Shown here: one piece after another, positions 12,440-23,269 of the stretch
Position numbering within the stretch: the stretch's first letter is position 1
Layout of the letters: every line of letters begins with the position of its first letter
Assembly: GCA_951406725.2 (NCBI GenBank)
Contig: OX597830.1
Coordinates: 46,376,001-46,440,000, forward strand
Source: Octopus vulgaris
Taxonomy: Eukaryota
DNA: 64,000 nucleotides
Direction: 5' to 3'
Position numbers and translations under genes: made by a program
Notes under the pieces: model-generated
Database searches by the model: none
Told to the model about the DNA's origin: nothing
Seen by the model: only the letters and a program-made list of their open reading frames with translations

Positions 12440-12655
12440 CCCCTTCGTTACTGTATTTATTTTGAGATACTCTATTTTACTTTCAATTAAGTTTAAATAT
12501 AACAAAGAATTTAGTAAAATAACTTAGTGATCATTAAGCTAGTGTTAGGAACATAAATTATGACTAAGCTTTGGTGGGAGATTTTAATTCAGAACTTATG
12601 GAAACAAGACATTTCTACTACAGGGCCAGATTCACCCAGGTAGGTATTAAAAGGG
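12440..12655. mobile_element. piggyBac-type MITE
   Basis: TTAA|CCC...AAAGGG|TTAA; related copies at 12685-12900 and 47302-47525. Confidence 0.75.
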
Positions 12656-12684
12656 TTAAGAATTGTTTCTCTATTATATATTTC

Positions 12685-12900
12685 AACTGTTTCGTTACCA
12701 CATCTCTGTTGAGATGCTCTGTGTTTCTTCTTTCAATTAAGTTTAAATATAACAAAGAATTTAGTAAAATAACTTGGTTATCATTAAGCTAGTGTTAGGA
12801 ACATAAATTGTGACTAAGGTTTGATGGAAGATTTTAATTCAGAACTTTTGAAAGCCAGACATTTGTACTTAGAGCCAGAGCCGGTTTGGTAATGAAAGGG
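12685..12900. mobile_element. piggyBac-type MITE, tandem second copy
   Basis: Near-identical internal sequence to 12440-12655; ends GAAAGGG|TTAA. Confidence 0.72.
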
Positions 12901-13459
12901 TTAACTTGTTCAGTGTCTTCAAATTCTGTAAGTTGGTCCCAATGAATGAATGTCTTTCAATCATGGCTTCACGAGAGAGAAATAACCTCAAGAAGAATCA
13001 TTTGAAACTGTGAACCAAAACCTGGAATTTACAAGTTAGAGGCGTCTTAAATGACTCACCATTTGAACTCTTTCACTCTTCTACTTTCTACTTCATTCTG
13101 TCCTTGGAAGCACGAGTTTCTAAAGTTTCAACAGTGAGCATCTGCTTTATAAAACAGCGTCTAATGGTCCCTTACCTATATATATGTATCGCAGGACACA
13201 CAGCGAGGGGCTGACTCAACTATAAACTCATTCTTACGTCATTGTTCTTTATTTCATTCGTTCCTTATTGTTTCGAAATACATTTATTTCAGAAAACCAA
13301 CTTTATGTTTATTTTTTGATTTCAGCACTGAATCAAGAAGTAAAGGGCAGCAGCGTAGGGGCCAAGACGAATACCAAGAGGAAATCTGTCTTTTATGCTA
13401 ACGACTATTTGTCTTCTGAGTAAATTTCATGTGTTTGGATATATTTGTATTCCACAAAA

Positions 13460-13745
13460 GGTTGGTGCTTTTGTGTGTCACCAGTGCCGCCTGACTGGCG
13501 TCTGTGTCGGTGACACATAAAAGCACCAACCGAGTGTGGCCATTGACAGCCTCCCCTGGCACGTAAAAAGCACCCACTACACTCACGGAGTGGTTGGCAT
13601 TAGGTAGGGCATCCAGCTGTAGAAACACTGCCAGATCAGACTGGAGCCTGGCGCAGCCTTCTGGCTTCCCAGACCCCGGTCGAACCGTCCAACCCATGCT
13701 AGCATGGAAAACGGACGTTAAACGATGATGATGATGATGATGATG
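13460..13745 (+). mobile_element. SINE family C 3' part
   Basis: Near-identical to 56874-57060; (GAT)n tail. Confidence 0.85.
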
Positions 13746-14858
13746 AAAAGGAAAAGAATCTGATGTTTTAGGGTTTGGACCCTTTTAAATGAGAGAGAGG
13801 GAGAAAAGTATTTTTCTCCCCCTTTAGTGCTGAAACATCCGTATCTTCTCTTCTCACCACAGCAGACAAATTTGTTCAAACTCAAACACTTACCTGCATA
13901 ATGTCTATCAAAGTAGGCAACCACCAGTTTCCTTACACACTCTACATTTTAACTGACCCCTGTTTCAAGGAGCTGCTGAAAGATATGATGGCTGTGTGCA
14001 AAGGTTATGGGTGTGTAATGTTAGCGTACATGATTGACAGAGCAAAAATATGCTGAAGAAAAAAAAAACTGAATATGAGAAGAATCAGAGGTAGTGTGCA
14101 AGAGAGGAGAATGTAGTGATATGGAGGACATGTGGTGGTGAATATGAAGGATGTCAGTTGGACAAAGAAATAGCAAGCAATCCAAGTGTAAGGCAATGGG
14201 AAGTCTGCTCTCGGGAGGCTGCATCATGAAGGCGAATACAAAAGATGACAAACACAAGAATATTTCAAATGACCACAAGAAAAACATTTAAAACACGTTT
14301 GGTAATGTTTTGAAAAATATCTCAGTCTTTTATTTCCTTTCAATTTTCATTTAATTCAATTTTGCTAATTTTTTTTTTTACTTTAAAAAAAATTTTCGTT
14401 TTTCTTTTTCTTCCTTTTTTTTTCTCTTTTTTGCTATTTCAGGTGTCAGGAAAAATGTACAAAGATTTTATGTTTATCTTTTTATATTTTCAAAATTGTT
14501 TCCAATCCATTTTCCCCCCCCATGCTAGCACGAGGAGGTTGATTTTTTTTTTTTTTTTTTTTTTTTTTAAATATTTTGCATATCAATATTTGTTGGAACA
14601 AATAGTTTTCTTTTTCTGTTAAAGCTCAGTTCTGCTCTTCCAATTGCTAATTATGGAATCAGCACTGGAACCAGGTGAAGGGTGAGGGGTGCAGTGAGGT
14701 AACACATTTTCAATTTGAACAGTCTAAGGAAGGAAAGAAAGAATGCAACAGAGCGGCTGGAAAGACCCAAGATTTTATATGCGCACACACGCACTTGCTC
14801 TTCACCAAATAAGTAAACCAGCATCTTAAATTCTTCAAAGCCACTGTCTTTGAAATTT

Positions 14859-14895
<37 letters not shown>

Positions 14896-15070
14896 TAAAA
14901 TAAATAAGAAAAAATATTTTTTTAAAGCTAATTAAAAGCAAAGCTTTTTTTGAAACAAATTTCATTCCATTATTAATTTACTTTTCCTTTCTTCTCTCAA
15001 CATTTCACTTCCTCATTCCCCCCAAAAGAACTTAAGAAACACAGACACTGTATGTATATATATATAAATT

Positions 15071-15105
<35 letters not shown>

Positions 15106-15114
15106 ATATATAAA

Positions 15115-15165
<51 letters not shown>

Positions 15166-15636
15166 AGATATATGTATAGATATATATATGTATGTATGTA
15201 TGTATATCAAACTGAAGCTTGTTGCAGTGGTGAAGGATTGCAATGGTGAAAAAGTTTTGCTGCAAGAGAGAGAGAGAGTGTCAGAAAGGGGGAGGAGGAG
15301 AGGGGTTTTAAGAAAAAAAAATTCATCAGGTTAATGGAGAAGGGAATAGACACCTCCCTCACCCCACACTTCCCAGAGATTACAAATGGATCGTTTTTTG
15401 TCACTAAGTTCCATCCAGCCCTTCTCACATCATTTCCTCTTCTAAGAGTTTGTTCGTTTGGAAAATTACCATTCCCTCAGCCCGACCCTCTCCACCCCCA
15501 CCCCCCTCACTAGTTTCTGTTCGTTGTTTCTTTGGTTTTTATAACTTTCTGTGAATTTGTAATAATGGTACTGATGGTTGTTGACAGTGACACGAAGCCA
15601 CAAATTGTAGAGAGAAGAGTTCAATCACTGGCTTAA

Positions 15637-15859
15637 CCCCCTATAAGCATTCAAACCAGTCACGTCCAGCCCAAATATTCGGTTTAATGTTCAAACTAGC
15701 CAGGTCTGGCCTCTCGCACCTGCACTACAATGTCGTCCTGAAAATAAGCAGTCAGATCATCAAAATCCCAAAGCTATGAGATAATCCGGGATTAATTCAA
15801 AACAATGGAATTAAATAAGGACTACATTTGACAAAGTAATCTAAATGCTAATGGATTAA
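15637..15859. mobile_element. piggyBac-type MITE, second family
   Basis: TTAACCC..AGCATT / AATGCTAA..TTAA ends; inverted relative at 40300-40506. Confidence 0.6.
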
Positions 15860-15974
15860 TTAATCTACGGAGGGGATCAAAGGCGAAGGAACATGACTCT
15901 CTCCTCTGAAGCATCTTTTTCAGTGCTCTTTGGTTTCTGCTTGTCTCTCGAATCCTGATAAAAGGAATAACTCT

Positions 15975-16210
15975 TAATATAGGCACAATGTCTGGAAATT
16001 TAGAGGAAGGGGGGGTTAATCGATTACATCGACACCCTCCCCCCCACCCTCAGCCCAGGACGCAACTGGTACTTATTTTATTGACCCCCAGAAGGATGAA
16101 GACCAAAGTTGACATTAGCAGAGTTTGAACTCAGAACACAACAGCCAGAACAAATGCCACAAGGCACTCTTTTTCGATGCTCCAACGAGTCAGCCAATTC
16201 ACCAGCCTTA
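15975..16210 (-). mobile_element. Nin/Deu-core SINE, diverged
   Basis: CTGGTACTTATTTTATTGACCC..GGATGAA..TTTGAACTCAGAAC. Confidence 0.7.
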
Positions 16211-16589
16211 TAATAATAATAATCATTGGGTTCAAGGTTTGCAGTTTTGAAGAGAGAGAACGATTAATTACAACAGTAATTCATTTGTCTCATCAGCCGC
16301 AAAAGGATGGGAGGCTTTGGTACAATTTGAACTCAGAATATAGAAGATCACGATAATATTTCATCTAAGTATAATTTTAGGGGGAAGAGGTTTTAATAAA
16401 TGGAATTAACCCCCAGGAAACGGAATCTAATTTAACCTTAGAGCAGGATTGACACTTATACCAGAACAGGGTCCTAGAATTAAAAAGAATTTTTATGGGG
16501 TCATAAGGAAAGAATTTCAAAAACTTGGCACGTTTGGTTTACTCAAGTATTAAAAGCACTTTCTATCTATGATAATGATGATGATAACA

Positions 16590-16795
16590 ATAATCCTTTC
16601 TACTAAAGGCACAAGGCCTGAAATTTTGAGGGAGGGGACTAGTTGATTACTTTGACCCCAGTGTTTCACTGGTACTTAATTTATTGACCCTGAAAGGAGG
16701 ACAGACAAAGTTGACCTTGAACACAGAACGTAGCGACAGGCAAAATACCACTAAGCATTTCACCGTCATGCTAATGATTCTGCCAGCTCACCACT
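16590..16795 (-). mobile_element. Nin/Deu-core SINE
   Basis: Same core, flanked by (AAT)n. Confidence 0.72.
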
Positions 16796-17923
16796 TTAAT
16801 AATAATAATAATAATAATAATAATTTAATGAGAACAACAACAAAAATGAGAAACCATAGTAATATCATAGATATTTACCCAAGACAAAATATTTACCTGA
16901 TCCATTCGTATAGGAATGGAGGGATACTTCTTGTCTGAGAACATTCAAGTTTGAAATGCCAAATAGCCATATAAACAAAGCAGAAAGGGCTTATTCGTTA
17001 ATATTAAAACAAAAATTTAATTTGGATTAGAAACCTAAGAATATGTAAGATTAGAGATCCATTATTTTCCTCAGCATAGATGTTCCTTCACAGGTTCTTA
17101 AGTCACTGCAATTTCCCCCTGATACTTAAAAAGTTTCCCACCTATGCACGAGTAGCCGACCAAATCATTTTAGTCTTAGAATTATCAGTATTCCAAACTG
17201 ATTACCATGGAAACCAGTGAGGGTTATGGTCCTCTCGCTGTAGGCTTGCTTCAGAATCAAAACCAGAAGTTCGTTTGTATAAATATCCTTTTTGCCAGAG
17301 AGTGACTCTTTAATATCCATTGTGGTAGTCTATTTCTTGATTGTAATTTCAGTGATGTGCAGTAAAATAATGAGGATTCCTTAATTTTGGCACAGAGCCA
17401 CAAATCTGGCAGGGTGGAGGTGGAGAGGGTAGAGATGATTAAATTAATGTCAGTATTTGATTGGCACTTTTATTTTTATCAGACCCGAACAATATGAAAG
17501 CAGAACCCTAGCCTACAGGGATTTGAACTCAGAATGAAAAGCTTGAGGGAAGAGGGCAGAGTCAGTCAAGTTGTTTTTCATCGGCCCTTCTTTATCCCAC
17601 ACAAAAAGAGTTGGTTAAGGGGGATGGGCCCTGTCTCCACTAACATTTCGACTCGGGTTATGATAAAGTGATGTAATTAAATAGCATCGTTCTATCAACT
17701 CTACCACCACTCTTTCTAACCATCAAAACAAAAAGTGTTTCTTATTGAGACAAGAAAGCAGAGATGTCTCTTTGTATGAAGGGTTATGAGAGATAGGAAT
17801 TCCATACCTTCCCCCAAAGACATTACTGGTATTAATGAAGTGAAAATGCTACAACTGGGAGTCAAAAACTTGGTCATGAGCTTGGTTTGCTAAAAGATTA
17901 CATCTACTCTGTGGTACTCACTT

Positions 17924-17964
<41 letters not shown>

Positions 17965-18755
17965 CCATATTAATAAAACTACAGTAAAAAAAATAATAAA
18001 TCAGTATTATCAGAAATTTAAAAAAAGAAAAACAAACAAGTAAGAATCAACCAATCAATAAAATGAAAAAGAAAATTAAAAATTAAAATGCTGCCAGGAA
18101 AAATGGAATTGTAAGGAAATCACAGAGATTTCCAAAAATGAAGGAAAAAAAATTCTGTCATTGTTCATGGAATGCAACCAACACTGTTTAATAATTATAA
18201 TAATAATAATAATAATAATTTGGTTTTTCTTTGTTTTTTTTTTTTCCACAAGGCATATAAATAAAGTGAATATTTGCAGAAGGGATGAAGTCTGTCTCAA
18301 GACTGAATGGCCATTTGGTCAGAGCTTTTTCTAGTTTCAATGGCATTTAAATGACTGAGCGTTCAAGACTCTCCGGATGCAGGACTTCCATCTGTCATAG
18401 TTCACCAGTTTTTTTCTGGTCCTCAATTTCTGTTGAGTGGACTGGAACCAATGTAAAATGAAGTGCCTTGCTCAAGGATACAACACACCACCCAGCCAAG
18501 GGATTGAAACCATGACCTAATAGTTTCGTGAGCTCAACACCGAAGCCATTCAGCCACAGGCGATGAAGAACATAAAAAGTCAAACTGACATTGTTTGTTG
18601 CCTCTCCAGGGACTTCTTTCATTCACCTCAATGGTAGGAAATAGCAAAAAGCTGACTCAGGTTTCAGAAGAAAGAAAATGAGAGAGAGAGAAACAAGACC
18701 AAGTGCTGTGACGGTTTTGTCCAAGGTTCTACCATTCCAACCAATTTGTGCAACA

Positions 18756-18787
<32 letters not shown>

Positions 18788-19156
18788 CACGATGATGATG
18801 ATGATGATGATGAGGATGATGATGATGATGATGATGATAATGATAATTTTTTTTTTAAATTTAGGGGATAAACAAACCTCCAAATGTCTGGTTAGTGTGT
18901 TAAGGAAAACAAAGAAGTCCAAGCAAGCCCTTAGACAAAACAATAATAATAATAATAATGATAATAATAATAATAATGGTATTCTTGTCTTGGCTTCTTT
19001 TCCTTTCCTTTTTACTGTTATTTTTTGTATTTGTTGTTGTTTCTGGATTCCCCCACCACCACCACTAGTTCATTTCTTTTTTTTTTTTGGGTGGGGGTAG
19101 AAACAACCCCTTTTTTTTAATGTCCATCCCCAACCCCCTTAAATATGCTGCTTCTG

Positions 19157-20869
19157 TCATCTTTCTTCCCCAAATGCTTCTGCTTTGTCTTCTCCCACAC
19201 TTTCAGTCTGACAATTATTATTGTTGTTGATGTTGTTGTTGTTGTTGTTGTTTGTGGTGGTGATAGTAGTAGTAGTGGTGGTGGTGTTGGTGGTGATGGT
19301 GATGGTATTAGTGCTGTTGCTACTGCTACTACTACTACTATTATTGTTATTGTGACATTTGCTGTTTGAGGTGTTAATTATACTACTACTACTACTACTA
19401 CTATTGCTGCTGTTGTGACTCTTACTGCTTGTGGTGGTAATTATGTTGCTGCTGCTGCCGCTACTGCTGCTACTAATACAATTTGTCTCAGTGTCGTCAC
19501 TGACATCTTTACTGCTAGTATTAATATTACCATGGTGATTGTTGTTATTGTTGCTGCTGTTGCTATCACTACTACTACTACTACTACTATTACTACTACT
19601 GTTCTGTTTAATGTTGTTGCTAACACTACTACAGCTATTGTTGTCATCCTTATTCTGTTTAATGTTATCGTTCTTATTATTACTACTACTACTACTATTA
19701 CTACTACCACTGCTGCCACCACTACAACTACTACTACTATTTGTAGTAATCTGTATAATGTTGTTGTTGTTACTGCTGAGAGCAGTGTCACAAACCGTCG
19801 TCGTTGTTTTTTCCTGAGGAATTTCTCTTTTACTTCGTAATGGATCCAGGTTTTTCACTTTGTCCTTCAGCGAATCCACGATTCGGTTCAATTTTAAAGA
19901 CTGCTGGATCTTTGGCCTGCTCTTTGTGGTCGATTTCGAAGAATCGGCAGCTTTCAACTCTTCACTGCTTTTCTCCTCTACACTGTCCTTGCTGCTGTGG
20001 CTCAACAGGTGCTTAGCCGTGGAACCAGCCTTGGCAGGGATTTTCTTCACGCTCAGATCTTCAGCCCTGTCGCTTGTGTCAGTCTTCATCTTGGAATCCT
20101 TCTTGCCCTCCTTTACAGCAATCTTGTCCACACAACTGCTCAGAGCCGACACCGATTGTGCCACTGATGGCACACTGCTGGCAACAGCAGTTGCAGTGGT
20201 AGTGGTAGTAGTAGAAGAAACAGAAGTAGTAGTGATAGTATTAGCAGTAGAAGCACTTGTTGCCATGTGGCCATTGTTTTCGGGTTCAGAGTCTGCTTGG
20301 CCGTTCATCAAGTTGCCCCCTTGAGACAAAGATGGGAAAGAAGAAGCCAGACTTGCTGGTAAATTGAAGTTGCGGAGGTTTTGAGCAGCTAAAAGAGGGT
20401 TATAAATAAGGGGCTTATATAACAGTGGGAATGATGGATGAGGGGTGGGAGGAGGTGAAGATGAAGTTTGTGATGTGGTTGAAGTCGATGTACTGACTTG
20501 CTTGTCCGTTGTGCTGTTCAAAGAACCCTTACTGTCGAGCTGGTTGCTGCCACCAATATCCAGACCAGCAGCTCCAGACGTTGCAAGAGTCGGCGCCGTC
20601 AAGCCAGGCAAATTAAATCCGGGGAAATTAAACATGGAATTTCCCATCCCCAAGTTGGGAAGTGTGCCAAATGGTAGTGAAAATGGTAGCTTGGAAAAAG
20701 CTGCTAGGAGAGCAGGGTTGGCATAGCGGAAGGCGTTAAGCTGCGCAGCAGCCGCAAGTGTAGTCGGATCTGCATAAGCCATATGCTGTGGGTAGGAGTC
20801 ACGGGCGTTGCGACGTCGACGACCACTGCTGCTAACAACTCGTGACTTCAAAGTTTCTGGTAAATTCCC
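19157..20869 (-). CDS. CHD7: CHD7/kismet terminal coding exon ([12 protein letters not shown]...FGEER*)
   Basis: tttcag acceptor; 571 codons including TGA; Ala/Pro/Leu-rich, then poly-S/N/T. Confidence 0.9.
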   Translation of the reverse strand, partial: GNLPETLKSRVVSSSGRRRRNARDSYPQHMAYADPTTLAAAAQLNAFRYANPALLAAFSKLPFSLPFGTLPNLGMGNSMFNFPGFNLPGLTAPTLATSGAAGLDIGGSNQLDSKGSLNSTTDKQVSTSTSTTSQTSSSPPPTPHPSFPLLYKPLIYNPLLAAQNLRNFNLPASLASSFPSLSQGGNLMNGQADSEPENNGHMATSASTANTITTTSVSSTTTTTTATAVASSVPSVAQSVSALSSCVDKIAVKEGKKDSKMKTDTSDRAEDLSVKKIPAKAGSTAKHLLSHSSKDSVEEKSSEELKAADSSKSTTKSRPKIQQSLKLNRIVDSLKDKVKNLDPLRSKREIPQEKTTTTVCDTALSSNNNNIIQITTNSSSSCSGGSSGSSNSSSSSNNKNDNIKQNKDDNNSCSSVSNNIKQNSSSNSSSSSSSDSNSSNNNNNHHGNINTSSKDVSDDTETNCISSSSSGSSSNIITTTSSKSHNSSNSSSSSSSIINTSNSKCHNNNNSSSSSSSNSTNTITITTNTTTTTTTITTTNNNNNNNINNNNNCQTESVGEDKAEAFGEER

Positions 20870-21453
20870 CTGAAAGATAAACAAGGAGATTGAGTTTAAC
20901 CCCAGAAGAGGAATGCAAAAAGGAAAGACACAAACGAAACTCTTTGCACATCAGATTTAAAACAAGACACTCTCATCAGGATAATGAAAGCAAAAACATG
21001 CATGATAATCAACAACAGAAGAAGAAGAAGAAGAAGAAGAAGAAGAAGAAGAAGGAGGAGGAGGAGGAGAAGAAGAAGAAGATTTTTTGGCACTGTCATG
21101 CTTTTAGTTGTCAGGAGGAAAGTAGAAAAAGTGTGACGTCAATTTGACGTCACTCGTCCACCTTCGTTTCTTTCCGTAGAATTTATCAAAACGCGTGCTT
21201 TTAGCTGTCGAAGTGAAAGTCGTCAACTTCGTGTATTTACGTCAGGTTTATACCTTCGTTAACTTACGCCTTATCGGCAGATGTGTCTATACATGTATAT
21301 ATATATATATACATGTGTATACATATATATACATGTGTATACATATATATATATACATGTGTATATATACACATGTATATATATATATATGTATACACAT
21401 GTATATATACACATGCATATATATATATATGTATACACATGTATATATACACA

Positions 21454-21490
<37 letters not shown>

Positions 21491-23209
21491 GTATAGACAC
21501 ATCTTATACACACATACAATAAATACAGATACACACACATTAGTCAGACATATAGCCACATATACACACACTGCAAGAATATATCTATTTATAAAGTTTA
21601 AACAGAACATGGAATGAAATGTATTTATTTATAAACTTTAAACTGAACTTCAATTGTTTTATAAACAGCATGGTGGTATGTAAATAAACGGCGTAAATTA
21701 ACGAAGGTATAAACCTGACGACGTAAATACACAAAGTTGACGTCTGACGTCAGATTTTTCTACTTTCACTTCTGACAACTAAAAGCATGACAGTGCCGAT
21801 TTTTTTTAGGCAGCACTTGCCAAATAATACACACTCACACACACTCTTCTTGAAAAGCATGTTAATAAGCATTACTAAAAAGAAGAAGAAGAAGAAGAAA
21901 GGGAAAGGTGTTAAGTAGGATATGAAACACTCACTTTTGACATGACTAGTTCTGCCCACTTTGGATCAACATCAAAACATGGATTTTTCTGCAGCCATTC
22001 TCCAAGATATTTCAATGGAGGGGCTTTGGCACCGGTAATCTGCAACAAATGAAACCAAACACAGCCTGCACTGACATGGTTAATTGTAACATCATCGTTA
22101 ATATATTTATAAAGAAGTGTAAGGGTTCATTAATTAAGCATGAACGAAACCTTTAGTAATTAAAATTATGTAATGACATTACTGAGACAGAAGATATAAA
22201 ATAATTAGCAGATCTTGTTAATTCATTTGCCATCAAACTTCTCGTTTACATTGAAAAATATCAAGAGTCAAGGGAAACATTCTTCTGGTGATGGTCTTTT
22301 GATTTTGATTTAGTTCCACCAGACATTTGTTTCCCCAGTCAAACAAGGGAGCAGCTAGAAGTAGCAAAATCTCCCTCATGTCACATACCGCAATCTTGAA
22401 AAAGAAAGACACACTGGATTATGTAGTCTTAGATAGACTATGCCTGAAAAAAAGATAGAATAGTCATGCCTAGAATACCCTTGACTATCAGCTACATCTG
22501 GGCTAACTTTAGACTATGCAGCAAGAAATTAGTTTGATCTCTTATCTGCAAAATGAACTCCTAAAAACAAAGTATGGTGTTCCAAAAAGTTCTTTTGTCC
22601 AGTAGACTGAGAAGGAGATTCCACAGAAACTGTTTTAAGACCTTCATGATATAAGGAATATGAAGATAATCAAGTCTCTAATTAATGTACAATTTCAAAT
22701 TACTACAGCTTTATGGCTTAAGAAAAAGAAAAAAAAAAGCAATAAAAAACTGAATGCAAAGCAAATTCCAAAAACTGCAGGATTAAGGCTGAACAGAATG
22801 CAGACCAATGTCCAAGAAATGAAGAGAGGATGAAGATGGATGCACTGAGTTTGGTTTATGTTTTATTAAAGGGTTAGTGAAATCAGATCCCTGTGTAGAA
22901 GCCAGTGTGAAAGATGGATGGGCCACTGGCTGAGGTTATTCATAAGGAAAAGCTTGCCTAATATATATATATTTATATATAATATATATTTATATATATT
23001 AAGTATAGGAAAGAATGGAGCTGAACGAAGATTTAACAAAATTCCTTTATTTTATTTTATTTAATATATAAAATTTCAAATTTCCGCACTAAGGCACGGA
23101 TTTTATGCCCTATGGTCGTAACTTCAACCGTGCCCTTTCTGTTGTGAGTTTGCTACTCAGGTATCGGTTATCTTTCGAATTATCCATAATAAGATAATTC
23201 ATTTGTCTA

Positions 23210-23269
<60 letters not shown>

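Noticed and set aside
19145-20726. Plus-strand poly-L/V/T ORFs
   Set aside because: Antisense or alternate frames of the trinucleotide-rich CHD7 last exon.
21195-21617. Y/I/C/H-rich ORFs (also at 15052, 43466, 48779)
   Set aside because: Translations of TA/CA microsatellites.
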